The notes beneath the pieces were generated by a model, which saw only the letters and a program-made list of their open reading frames with translations, had not been told where the DNA came from and made no database searches. A stretch of 61,968 nucleotides of DNA, counting the filler, from Sphacelaria rigidula (taxonomy: Eukaryota): NCBI GenBank assembly GCA_964200075.2. It is 6 parts of 6 records of this genome, joined end to end, with 100 filler letters (N's around TTAATTAATTAA, not from the genome) between each part and the next. Parts side by side here need not be neighbours in the genome. Positions count along the whole stretch, not along the records: positions 31,038 to 41,282 come from CAXNAA020006866.1; positions 41,383 to 51,626 come from CAXNAA020006867.1; 4 more parts are not named here. One strand, written 5' to 3'. A program made the translations under genes and the position numbers. Positions 37,851 through 49,600 of the stretch are shown piece by piece. Position 1 is the stretch's first letter, and each line of letters opens with the position of its first letter.

Positions 37851-39110
37851 GCCGCGCCCCGGCGGTGTAATGGTCGGACTGTCGTCATTGGGGTGGAGAG
37901 AACGAAGGTTCGGCTCCCAACGTGTTGGATTTTTCCTCTCTAGCATGTGATTTCCGCTGTGAAAAGCGTGAGAACGTGAGGAAATAAAGTAGTCGACTGA
38001 ATTTGTTTGACGTGAGTTGACGCGGTATGGGAGTACTGATTCAATCGCGAGACCAAAATGAAGGCGTGTACCGGGGAGAGATGGCTTGATCCCGCGAGAC
38101 CACTAGGCTTTTACTTATTATGCTCGTAAAGTGGAATTTATGCTCGATTATGCTCGTAGTACCCAACAACGATGCCATTTTCGACCGGATACAGACCCAC
38201 GGATCATCACTATGTATTATTACTACTATTATGTTCGTCACATTAGCTCGACCTCTCGAACCTTGGTCACAGAATGCAAGGAGCACACCACCCATACCCA
38301 TGAATCAAGCAGCCCGCAGAGGAAGTAAAACAAAACATCTACACGAAAAAAGGGCACACTAATGTATATGCATGTCTTTTATATACAACATACTCGCTAC
38401 ACTAGTACGACTGAATGCCGCATTTTCCTCTTGTACAACGGACAACATCAAACGAAAAACTGACATTTTATTGATGGATGGTTGTTGGATTGATTGTCTC
38501 GCATGAAACGATGCCGCTTCGAATCCAGCCGAGGGTGTAAGATGGGTACAACCCAGGAAACAAGGCGCAAAAAAAGAAACACACAAAGGGGTGGGAAGTG
38601 GGAAATTACTGGAGTAGACAAAAAATTGAGTAGCGAGAAAAAGTAGAAAATTAAATACACACGAGGGAAAATTGAAAGTCGAAATCTGCTGCTGTGTTGC
38701 TGTGCTGCGTGCTGTTCGCGTGTACACTGTGTACCACAGACTATAGACTGTACAGTACATTACACGTGTTTATGTTTTGTGTCGTGTGCTCACATGAAGA
38801 TGTTTTTCAGACGGGCAATTTGAATGAACAGTTCCAGAGTATAGACGTATTTCAGACCCGCGGTCGATGATAGCAGAGTTTTTCGCCCGAAATATCACAG
38901 CAGGCCAGCATTTAGACCCGTGTTCCCGCCCCTCGGGTGAAAAATTATGTCCCATTATGCTATTTACTGAAACGCTATGCTATTCATCCCACCAAGGTTG
39001 AATTATGCCAGAAATTATGCTAGCATAATAAGTAGAAGCCTAGACACCACGGATTCGTCCCGAGGAGGGGGAGGTGTTCAAAGTGCGACAAATAAAAAGA
39101 ATTTTGAAAC
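37851..39110 (+). mobile_element. tRNA-derived SINE, copy 2, split by a MITE
   Basis: GCCGCGCCCCGGCGGTGTAATGG (A box), GGTTCGGCTCC (B box), AAGCGTGAGAACGTGAG; similarity to copy 1 stops at 38103 and resumes at 39043. Confidence 0.72.
38104..39042. mobile_element. hAT-type non-autonomous element (939 bp)
   Basis: 21-bp TIRs TAGGCTT(T/C)TACTTATTATGCT; subterminal ATTATGC repeats; 8-bp TSD gagaccac / gacaccac (7/8). Confidence 0.88.
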
Positions 39111-39394
39111 AAATATCTATGTGTAGTAGTTTCTGTAGCGCAGTCCGCACTGTCGCTACTTTTCACTACATGGTCACGCGAGAAGGTGCGGGGCTCTGTG
39201 CTGGAACCGAAACCTGGCCACAAGTGGGAGTTTCCATATAACTTATCATGTGCGGGGCGATAAAACTACACCTTTATTTGTTGGTGCTTATCATTATAAA
39301 CCTAACCCTGACAGGTGAGGTAGTCTGTGAAGTGACGTCACGAAGTCACCAACGGTCAGGGTTATTGAGATTACTTATCCAATGCTTGTTTAGG

Positions 39395-39710
39395 CAGAGT
39401 ATTGGAGGTCGTACGTAATCTACCCCAAACCTTGGGTAGAATACTAAGACCATACCCAAGTGATACTCTACACCCGGGTATCGCTGAGAGTACTTACCGA
39501 AATACGGGTAGTAGTAGAGACTGTACCCAAATTACCCAAAATTCAGGTGAAGTATTGAGGTCGTACCCAAGTAATTGTCTAGACCCTGGTATTTCTCAGA
39601 GTATTTGCCCTAAAATTGGGTAGACTATTGAGGCCGTACCCAATCTAGCAAACCTTGGGTAGAGTGAACACCCGTGCATGTTCCCGGGTCCCTGAAGAGT
39701 ACATACCCTA
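39395..39710 (+). repeat. Second GAGGTCGTACCCAA array
   Basis: Same unit as 36700-37160. Confidence 0.75.
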
Positions 39711-40424
39711 TCCGTCACGCCCTTGATTTTTTCAAGAGTTGAGGGCAATGCTTAGTATCTTTGTTTCGTCAGAACGTTTGTACTTGGATGAAAAAATCGG
39801 ATGTGCAACACGGACTTTTTTATTACTCCTTGTCATACACTAAATTTTGTCTAGGATCTTGTGCGCACCGTATCTCTCGAATTAGTCGGAGATAGAGTAT
39901 CGATCGCTTCCCCGCGCTCCACACAAGATTTACACCGTCATCCGCTAATAATACTTTCGACGGTTTCGTTTAGACTTGAGTATCAAGATATTTCCGTTCG
40001 TGGCGGGAGTTACTCCACAAGACGTTTGATTGGGCGGTCAAACTGAAAGGCACCTCCAACTTGATTAAATTGTTTGACAAGGTGAGCGAGTCGAGACCTA
40101 AATCGTCTCCGTTGATTAGAGATGGCTGTGACGACTCAAAAATCGTTTTTTTGGATGGCCCAGCTTAAAGACCGCGTTTGCTCTCCGGTTGCTCGGGGGC
40201 CACTCTCGATCCATAGCATCTTCACCACCATGACCTTGAACACAATTTTGGGTGATGAGCGTGAGCCAGCCTGTATCTCGCGAGAGACGGGCTATTTTAC
40301 AGTGAAGGATACATAGCGAGGCCAAGTGTTGGGGTTGAGAAAATTCGTTCAGGGAATAACTCGGAGGACCACTGCCATATACATTTGACACCCTCCCCCC
40401 CCTCCCTCACCCGCCCCTGCGTAG

Positions 40425-40589
40425 ACAATGACGATCTACAAGCTGCGCAACCACGAGACCAACGAAGAATTTTTGGAGTTTTCGGACGAAATCGTTTTCC
40501 AGACGCCGTGCCCCGAATGTGCCAGCATCAAGGCCTGCATGAACCTTGGTCACCACCTGTCAGACTGGCGACCTTCCACCGGCGACAAG
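40425..40589 (+). CDS. Isolated internal exon of an unidentified gene (TMTIYKLRNHETNEEFLEFSDEIVFQTPCPECASIKACMNLGHHLSDWRPSTGDK)
   Basis: C-rich tract + gcgtag| acceptor, AAG|gtatac donor, 55 open codons, high GC3. Confidence 0.65.
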
Positions 40590-41282
40590 GTATACGCGTT
40601 TTCCTTCTTTTTTTTCAGAGTATTGACGGTGTTAGTAGAACCTGTTGTTCCTCTTTGAGGATAACGGATAAGTGTTGGAGTAGTGAAGTCAACCAGGGTT
40701 GGTTCAAATGACGGTCTCGTGGGGCAGGGGATCGAACAGCTTGCCGTAATTTTTTTCTTGAGCTGACACGTGTGTGTACGTGCACAGTATTGTAGAAAGA
40801 TGACAACTGATTTCAGTCTTTTTCTCAATGAGGAATGCAAAGAAACAGGCCGGTCGCTGTAACAATGAAAGCACTGTAGAGATCAACTGATTCAATTCTC
40901 TGCCGTAGAGTTTGAACACTGGGGCTGCAGCGTCGTTTCCCCTGTCTCGTGTGGGGTGTATATTTGGCAGATAATCGAGCAGCGGGTAGTTTCACGTCCA
41001 AAAGGAATAAAAAAAGCTCTTCCACGAAAGGTCAGGAACATGGTTCTTCCATGTTGAGCACGCACGAATTTCATTTCCCTTGCCCTCACCCTTTCCAACC
41101 CCTTCCCAGGGTGTAGGTATAGTTGCGGGAAAGAGTCCAGCCCCGTCTCAGAAGGGATGCGTGGTCAATGGTCAAACGACTAAGGCAAGCAACGAATGAG
41201 TACAGGCCGGCGCCCACATCTGCTGCGGGGGAGGCTAGGATCGTTAGGAGACCACATCTCACCCCAAACACGACTGATGAAA

Positions 41283-41382
41283 NNNNNNNNNNNNNNNNNN
41301 NNNNNNNNNNNNNNNNNNNNNNNNNNTTAATTAATTAANNNNNNNNNNNNNNNNNNNNNNNNNNNNNNNNNNNNNNNNNNNN
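41283..41382. other. Artificial contig linker
   Basis: Same 100-bp spacer. Confidence 0.97.
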
Positions 41383-41949
41383 ATAGCTCACATTCTGCCA
41401 CTATATGACTCCTGCTCTCTATTGCTTTGCCACACAGGCAATTCTGTCGATCTACTTACGGAGATCTACTCACGGATATAGGAGGTCTGTCTATGTACAG
41501 CATCATAGCACACCGGTCTTCCGCCAACCATTTGACATTCCGGCTTGACCCGTGTGTGCTAGGTGACGCAGAATGATGTTTGCTATGATCGCACTGCGGA
41601 TCGACAGTCTCAATGCCCCGGTACTGTAACTACCATGGCACACTTTTCTATGGTGTCTGCCTTCTCAATGGAATGGTTTCATGATGTCCTTGAGATCAGA
41701 TAGGCGGTCGTAAAAACCATCTGAACCTTGTTTTTGCCTCGATTTTATATTTCAATGGACGCATAAAGTAACAGAGGATCCTGAAAAACGAGGTCGTGTG
41801 TGAAAATGAGGGTAAACCTACCGTCTGGAAAGTCATTTCCCCCCGCAAACAGCGTTGCAGGACGAGAATTTGCGGATTCTCCGTTTCTGTTACAGATAAG
41901 CAGGTGTCGCTAGGTGCACCCAATGGAGGCGGTGTACACGTGTGTTGAG

Positions 41950-41989
41950 TGTAATGCGTGGGAGGACCGCGTATTTTGAGAACCACATA
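41950..41989 (+). repeat. Isolated TIR fragment of the TGT...ACA MITE family
   Basis: TGTAATGCGTGGGAGGACCGCGTATTTTGAGAACCACAT matches the MITE terminus and directly abuts the truncated copia RNase H. Confidence 0.7.
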
Positions 41990-44900
41990 GGGTGACGCAC
42001 TTCTGCGTCCTAGCAAACCAACACACTAGCGTACCTCCACAGCAAATAGCTACACCGGAAACGGAACGTCGGTTTGCCTCATGGGCGTAGTCTGCGTCAA
42101 CGTGCGTATCTGAATCAAACTCCAACTAGATACATCTCAAGTCATTACTCTTCTTGAAAAGTAAACCTCAGTCCGATGTAGCATTCAAATACTCGAGTAT
42201 CTTCTGTGCCGCCTTGTAGTGAGTCAGCTTGGGTTCATGAGAGAACCGAGCGACTGCCCGAACTGCGTTCGCGATATCGGGCCTCGTCTGGTTCGCTACC
42301 CACAACGATCTCCCCACGAGCTCACGGTAAGGCACATCCACCACGGTCTCCCCTTCGCTTGCATGCCTGAGGTCTAAACAAGCCGTAGCGGGAATGGGAC
42401 TAATCTTTGAGACGACAAAGCGGCTCAGCACACTCTTGATGAATCGGGTTTGTGAAATCTCCCATGGATCTTTTTCCCGGTCCCTTTTGGACTCACTCTC
42501 CATGCATCACTCCACCTCCCCGAGATGTTTGGTGGGAAATTTCTGATTGAGTACACCGACTATTACCTTCGTCACCTCTTCAGCAGCTGCTATCATGATA
42601 TCGTCCACATGAAAGACTATCGTCGCCACAACGTCTTCGGCAACCCTCCGTCGAAACACACAGAAATCTACCGAGCATTGCTCGAAACCACCCTCCATCA
42701 GAGTTGACGACAATAGTTGAAACCATGCACGGCCACTCTGCTTCAAGCCGTACAAAGCCTTGTGGAGGCGGACTACCTTACCAGATACGGATCCACATCC
42801 GAGGGGCAGGCGCAAGTAGATATCGGTGTCCAACTCCGACTGAATGAAATCCTGGTCTACATCCAAGTGCCTCAAATCCTAGTCTACCTTACATGCCATA
42901 GCCGCCAGTAACCTGTTTGGCGTAGATGCCGTAGGGGCAAATATGTCGAAGTAGTCTACTCCCTCTACCTGACTATACTCCATGTCTACCATACGTGCTT
43001 TCGCCCGGTCGATCATTCCATGCGAATCACCTTTACACGTATACACCCACTTCGCGCCCACGGTGTTGCACCCTTCTGGAATGTCAGTCACGTCCGCGAA
43101 GGTTCCGGCAGCCATAAGCCCATCGAACTCCATCCTCATCGCCTCCATGCACACATCCGAGTATTGTGAGGAGCATGGCGCAGGGTATGACAACGGCTCC
43201 GGCCCCGCTTCCTTGATGAGACCTTTAGGGAGCTCGCCCAGCTTACGGGTAACCTCCTTTACCGCCAGGAAGCCATGCGTTATTTTGTCCCCTCCATCGG
43301 GCCCTAATATGGTCACGAGCCCAGGTGCTTCTTGATTGAGCGCTCGCGTCTGCGCACTGGTTCGTCCAATCTCTTCGCCATTTCCAGATCCAACCAGATT
43401 TGACACGCGTTGCCGCGCCGCAGTCCGCGCTACCGTTGATACTAAAATACTTTCGTCTGATGAAGACGAGTCGCTCTCCTTCACTGAGAGGCTGCCGTCT
43501 ACAGACGACTCACATCTCACCGACGGTAAATAAACACCTAAAGCACCAGTTGTGTTGTCGGGGGCCGGCTGATTTTCATCGCGAAGAGGAAGGACCCCGC
43601 TCACCTTCACCGTCATGGTCTGCGCTCTTCGCTGGAAATGCCACTAGACGCTGATGGGGAATTCCTCCCCCCAGTAGTGGTAATGGAATCGGTGGAGCAG
43701 AGTCCTAATTATCTAGCCCTCCCGGCTCTGGAGTCTCTCCCAGCTCCGATGTTTCTTCCAGCTCCGACACTCCTGCCCGCTTCGGCGAAGCTGACTGCTG
43801 CAGCTAAACCGGCGGCACCACCATGACCGGCGGCGCCTCCTAGGTGACATCCCTTGTCTCCACTACTTCATTGGCACGCGTCAGCATCCGCAATGAAGCG
43901 CGGGGGTGGTCGATGCGGGGCCAAAGGTGGAAGCTACTCTCGCACTCAGGGAACGACCTTGACGGTCGGCTCCAGCGGCAATATCCCGGACGAAGAAGCA
44001 GATGTGGTGATGCTCAGCCCACGGGGTCTCCGATGCTGGCAGGTTGGCATGTGGAAAGAGGATGGGGGCTCCGATGCGAGCAGCAAATGAGGCGTTTTGA
44101 ATAATATCTAGAGCTCTCTCGGCAACGCCGGTCAATTGCGGAAACTTCGCACTGATGAATCCCTGCTTGATATAGTAGTACCCACACCTCCCTTTAAAAT
44201 CACCACAAGAAAACTCTCCTCCGTCTTTAGACCTAACTACTATCACTTCCGAAGGTACACCATCCGCACGTATATCAACCAAAAACTTTCTGAAAGCATC
44301 AGCGGTATCGGACTTACGCTCGAGAAAATATACCCCTGCGTACCGGGTAAAATTATCCTTCACTATCATTACATACTTCTTCCCAAGCAACGAAGGAGTT
44401 CCCTCAGGACCGCTGAGATCAACAAAAACACTTCCTAGCTTCTGTGAAGCACGAGGTTTCGTGCTGCTTGTGATTACTTTCCTGTATCCCTTCGCCGTAG
44501 AACATCCTGCACACGGTTCCAAGTTACCCAGTCTCTATACCTAGCGATTTTGCTGTCTCTCACTAGCAATTCATTGGCATGTCCCTGTACGCAGTGCAAG
44601 ACGTTGATGTCTACCTCAGTCTCGCGTGAGTCAGCACTACCGGGAGCTATAACAGGGAACGCCAGGGGAACAGGGGGGTCGGAGTGCACTGAATGTTCAA
44701 GAGACTCGCAAACCAACAAGGGAGAGGGGATGTAGTTATCATCGAGATCAATCCTTCTACTATACGTTGAATATCCGGACCCAATACTCCGAAACCCAAG
44801 ACGCTCATCCGGTAGGGTCACACTCCTCTCAGAGTCAGCAGTCGAGAACTACCCCTCGTGTTTGCGCAGCCACTAGTGAGAATAGCTTAAAAGTGATATC

Positions 44901-46600
44901 CGGTACGTATGCGACCTTCTCAAGCCTCACTATTACTCCTCTACCCCGTTGAAAAAAACTGCGGTCAATGACCCATATTACTCAACGTCGATGAGGGTAT
45001 TATTACCGATCTTGACATTGGTTTCAAATGGTTGCACATTACGGAGTATTTCGGCTGATTCAGTCATATAAAATGATGCTCCACTATCAGCTATCCACCT
45101 CTCACTACCATCATTACTGCTATCACGCACTCCCACCGTATCTTCCTTACTTCGTTGCATACCAATAGACAAACACACTATGATATCACCTGAGCCACTC
45201 TGTGATTTCTTCGGGGCTGGGATGACGTGTGCGATACAGTCGAACCATCGTTGTCCTGGCTCTACGCAAGATGACACTTGTTTGGCATGTCGTCGCAGTT
45301 GTCGTCTACTTTTTTTGTGCTGCTATTTTGGTCGTCTTTCTGCTGCAGCACCACTGGAAACACCCCCACCACCTTTGGCACCACCCTCGGCGCCATCTTG
45401 ATTGCGGTTTCGGCGGATGGACTTGCTCGAAACGAGAGCTTGTTCGACGTCACGGTTCTTCGTATCATTCCTTGACATACGCGTGTATCTCTTTTGTATC
45501 ATAGCCTCTATCTTTGCCCGGGTTATGTCGTCTCTGAACAAGATTGTACGCTGTTTGTACTCGTATTAACTTGTGAGTACCTCAACTGTCTTGAGGTTAA
45601 CATCTTCTACAGACATATGTACCCCTATTGATACTAGTACACCCACACCCATGTCCACGCGCGCCAGAAACTTTATCGGGCCTTCTTTCTTTTCCATTCG
45701 TAACTCGTTGAAAAGGCGTTCGTTTTTTCCGAGAGAGCTTTCGGCAGACCAGTTACATGAAATCGCCATCCTGCACTCGGGGAGTTTGTGTCAAACACCC
45801 TACTCAATATTGCATGGTCTGTGGTACTCTCTGTCAAACACGTCCAAGCCATACGTGCTCGTCTTATGCGCTTTTTACAAAACCCTTGGTCAACCAAAAA
45901 CTGTGAACTAACTGAGAAGTCACCTACAGGCAAATCAATAGTCGTACTAAAGGTCTGGGTACAATCGTTGAATAACGCGCAAGCATCGAATCGTCTTCTC
46001 AATAATAGAAAATCAACACTCCCCCCTAACTTGGGAACAGCAGCTTTGATGCTGCTTATTTTCCTGGCATTCAATGCGAAAGTGCTACCTCCTGCAATGC
46101 CAACCTCACCAACAGCTGGCAGCAGGCTATCGGTGGTGACTCCACCTCTACCACCGGAAGCAGACCCTGCCCGCTCCACGCCCGTAGTACCATCGAGATA
46201 CGATGGTTAATCTCCACTGACGGACCTTCGAATTCATCCGCCTCTACTTTCCTGGGCAGCCTCAACGCGTGACAGCCTTTCTACCAAGGTCCTTGTCTGC
46301 GCCTCGGGCAGCGCCCTCAATTCGTCCTCTGCGCTGTCTTGATCAGCCATCTTGAAGCAACGACCGAAGTTTGAACTTATTCGTCAACGTATTCGAAGGA
46401 TCCTCTCGATCAGATGATCTTGCAGCAACAACAGCCCCTTGCTGTGTGCTCGAACAGCGTACTGCCCACTTGCAGTAACTGGGAAGAAGACGATGTGTTG
46501 TAAATCTATATGACTACTGTTCACACGTAGGAAGTTGGGTGAAGAGAGGTAAGGGAGGCGAGTGAGGGAGTAGGGCGTAGAGCACTACCCTGTCACGACA
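41990..46600 (-). mobile_element. Decayed Ty1/copia LTR retrotransposon (gag - protease - integrase - RT - RNase H), 3' truncated
   Basis: Gag 45323-46179; protease WIADSGASFYMT (44978-45277); pre-integrase LHCVQGHAN; integrase VFVDLSGP...YVMIVKDNFTRY...GGEF...GVAERAL (43881-44522); RT AKWVY...AKARMV...GVDYFDIFAP, HLDVDQ, KALYGLKQSGRAW, FHVDD; RNase H DADYA...RRSVSG...WFARTQKCVTL. Copia domain order, with many stops. Confidence 0.95.
46480..46600 (-). repeat. Candidate 5' LTR of the copia element
   Basis: TGTCG...TTCCCA segment upstream of gag; there is no second LTR in the contig to confirm it. Confidence 0.35.
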
Positions 46601-46619
46601 GCCTACGATCCAAAAACTA

Positions 46620-49600
46620 CAGCGTCGCAAGATCTGCTTTACGCTTCCCAAAATATATGAACTCGGAACAATTTGCCTCTCTCCAGTCACGAGGAACGTT
46701 CTCAGTGACCTTGCCAGAAGTACTCGAATACCCCGCAATTTCCCTGCACATGTTGCTGGCTTCTGTTTGTAGGTCAACTATACTGATCAACAGCATCTTG
46801 GTTGATATACTCGCCACTTGTCTGTGGCGCTGACCAATGCGAAAATTGACTAATCTCTGTCCCTCCTTTCGGACAAACCTTGCCTCTCTGCGATACAGAA
46901 CACATCGTCGAAAAGCAGGGCGATATTTCCGTCACCGCTTCTGTTCTCACACACACACACGTGCGCGCAAAGACGGTTGCGGCAAGATCCAATCGTATAC
47001 CGGCGGGGTGTTACTACTATCATCGTTGATGTTGCCCGCAGTTCGACGCAAGAACAAGAGTCTTGTACATTCCAGTTTGGGGGATGAATGACACGTCAAA
47101 CCCTCATGGAGACCTTCTTGGCATGGGGAGTGAAAAAAAAGAACCTCTGGCGGAGACTCAACTGTTATTGGCGTGACCCAAACGGGGGCTGGCATACTAT
47201 AATCCATGAGTTTACCTGATGTACATCGGCCCCGTGCGCAGGGGTTTGTGTGTGTTTCTTTCATCAATTCGTGTCTAAAGAGGCCATCAGAAGCTGAGGC
47301 GGGATATCGTTTCACCAGGAACGAGGAGCAGCATCACCGCCGCCGACACCACCACGCTGTCTTCGGCCCACTAGAATAGAGCTGTTGGCGTGCTTCTTGA
47401 TTACCGTTGCCGTGCCACCGCTTGGGCTCTATGACCCAAGCCCGAGCGAGTTGAGCTTCGTCGTTTGTTGAACACTCTTCCACATGGAGTGAGACATTTC
47501 TTGCGCTGTTTTCAGTGGTGGGAAAACGTCCTCGACAGTAGTGTCGCACGAAACTGAGCTCCAGGTTCGCGTCGTTGTATTTGAAAAGAAGAATCGGAGT
47601 GTGTTTCAGCAGTACGACAAACCCCAGTTACGGAGCATTGGGTGTGGTCCAAGCATAGAATGCAAAAAGGTCATATGCATGTGACTCCCATTCGGGCCTT
47701 TACGGGTTGGTCTTCGCTTCACGTATTACCCGATCGTCTAGTGAACGTACGTATGTCACGCCAGTCTGATGCATGCACACGGTAGTGTGTGCATCTTTGC
47801 TAGAACCAAGTGTGTTACCATATAATGTCTGGTGCAGCATTTTGAACCGTTGTGCAGTCGATGCCAGTGTTCGGATGTTTCTTCTCCCCCCACCATAAAA
47901 AAAAAGACCACAGTTCGTACAAACAAGCGGAATGCATGACATCAGCTACTACAGCAACATCTACCGTGCAGCTGAAAAATATGCGCTGAGCGTCCAGCCC
48001 GTCACCAAAAGCGCTCCTCCAGTGATTCACCATGTTGTTGTTTGATATCGATCAACACGGCCGTAGGATAGTTTCATGCACACCTATATTCATCACGACG
48101 GATGTCTTTCCATGAATTCCATGGTTTACGGACCATCATTCGTTTCACATGTCGCCAGCGAAGAGAGAGAAGACGATGTACGTCGGACTGAATGCTTCGA
48201 CCAACAGGCGGAACGCCAGCAGCTGCTCCAAAACGCTGACCCCCTCCGCGCAGTATGCTCTGCCGTTTTGGCGTCCTTCTCCCCATACACCCTACCATAG
48301 ATGTCATTACCATTGACTGGGGGGACAAGATTGCGTTGCGTTTCTATGAGTACCAGACAACAGTTCTAAAACCGAGCGCTGATTCCTCCCGTTCTTCCAC
48401 GAACTTCAGGTCCTACTTGACATACTTCTATCATGCCGGGAAGTCCGCATATGTATGTATCACACAAATAGTCAATAGAAACGATACTCGGAAGATGCTG
48501 AGGAGGGTGCACAACCGCGACTTTGCCTTGGTAGAATCGTGGGCGTAGTTTATCGATGGTCATCGACCCGCCCACATTTGTGAGCATGATGTCAGGCAAC
48601 TCTAGAAGTCAACTATGAACCGCACCTGCACACGCCGTATATATGAGCAAAATAATGCACCGGCAGCGGGGAATACACGGGGAGGGTGGGGGGACGCATA
48701 GATTTTGCTTGTGGTCGGAGCTGAAGTAGGAAGTTCTCAGGTACTTCAGGTGAACGCCTCGAGCACAGTGTATTTCCCCTGGGATTGTCAGAATTCTGGA
48801 CCTTTGTCTCGTTAATAGAATCGGCTATAATGGAGAAATGAAAACGCAGTTATGGTCGAGTTTACCGCGAGGAAACAAATCAATGACACATCCATCTCGC
48901 CAGCATTGCTGAACGCAGAACCCGGATTCCGCGCTGATAATCGCTGGAGACGTTTCCGTCTCAGTGACCAGGCGGATCGGTGAGATTTGAAACGATGGAC
49001 GGAGGCCGTACGAGTGGTAACATAAGTTCCTCGGTATAGACAACACGCCACAATGCGAACAATAATATACTCGTCGGTTTCTATTTTGAAACCCCTGTAT
49101 ACACTCGGTCCGCCCCGCGCCCCTTGGAGCTTGACTCGCATGAAGAAACGTTTGAAACACCCGGCAACTTCCCTGGCAGCCACACCTCGAAAACGCTGAA
49201 CCACTCGGAGTTGTCTCGGACTCGATGCACAGCTTCTGGGGTTCTTCGCTGTAGAGTGAGGAGTACTCCGTTCCTTCGGCACCTCCGCTGGACGTGAACT
49301 TGAAGCCCTCGTCATCTGTGTGGTTGTCACGCTTGACGGTGAAGGTTCTCTGAGTCTCGTGGCCTTTGTGGAATGTTACACCAAGGTCGTTGATGTCCTC
49401 ATGAGGGTTTTGTCGAAGATACGGAATTGGAGCCAGGAGAGATTCAGACACACTGTCATCAATGAACGGTGAGTCACACTGAAACGGGAATCGCCGCGGG
49501 AATTACAAGTGAGCAGGCCAGCACTCAATGCAAAGTAGTATCTACCCCGCTCTACCTGCCCTGCTTTTGCCATACTCGTGCCGCCCTTTGTTCAAGGGCA

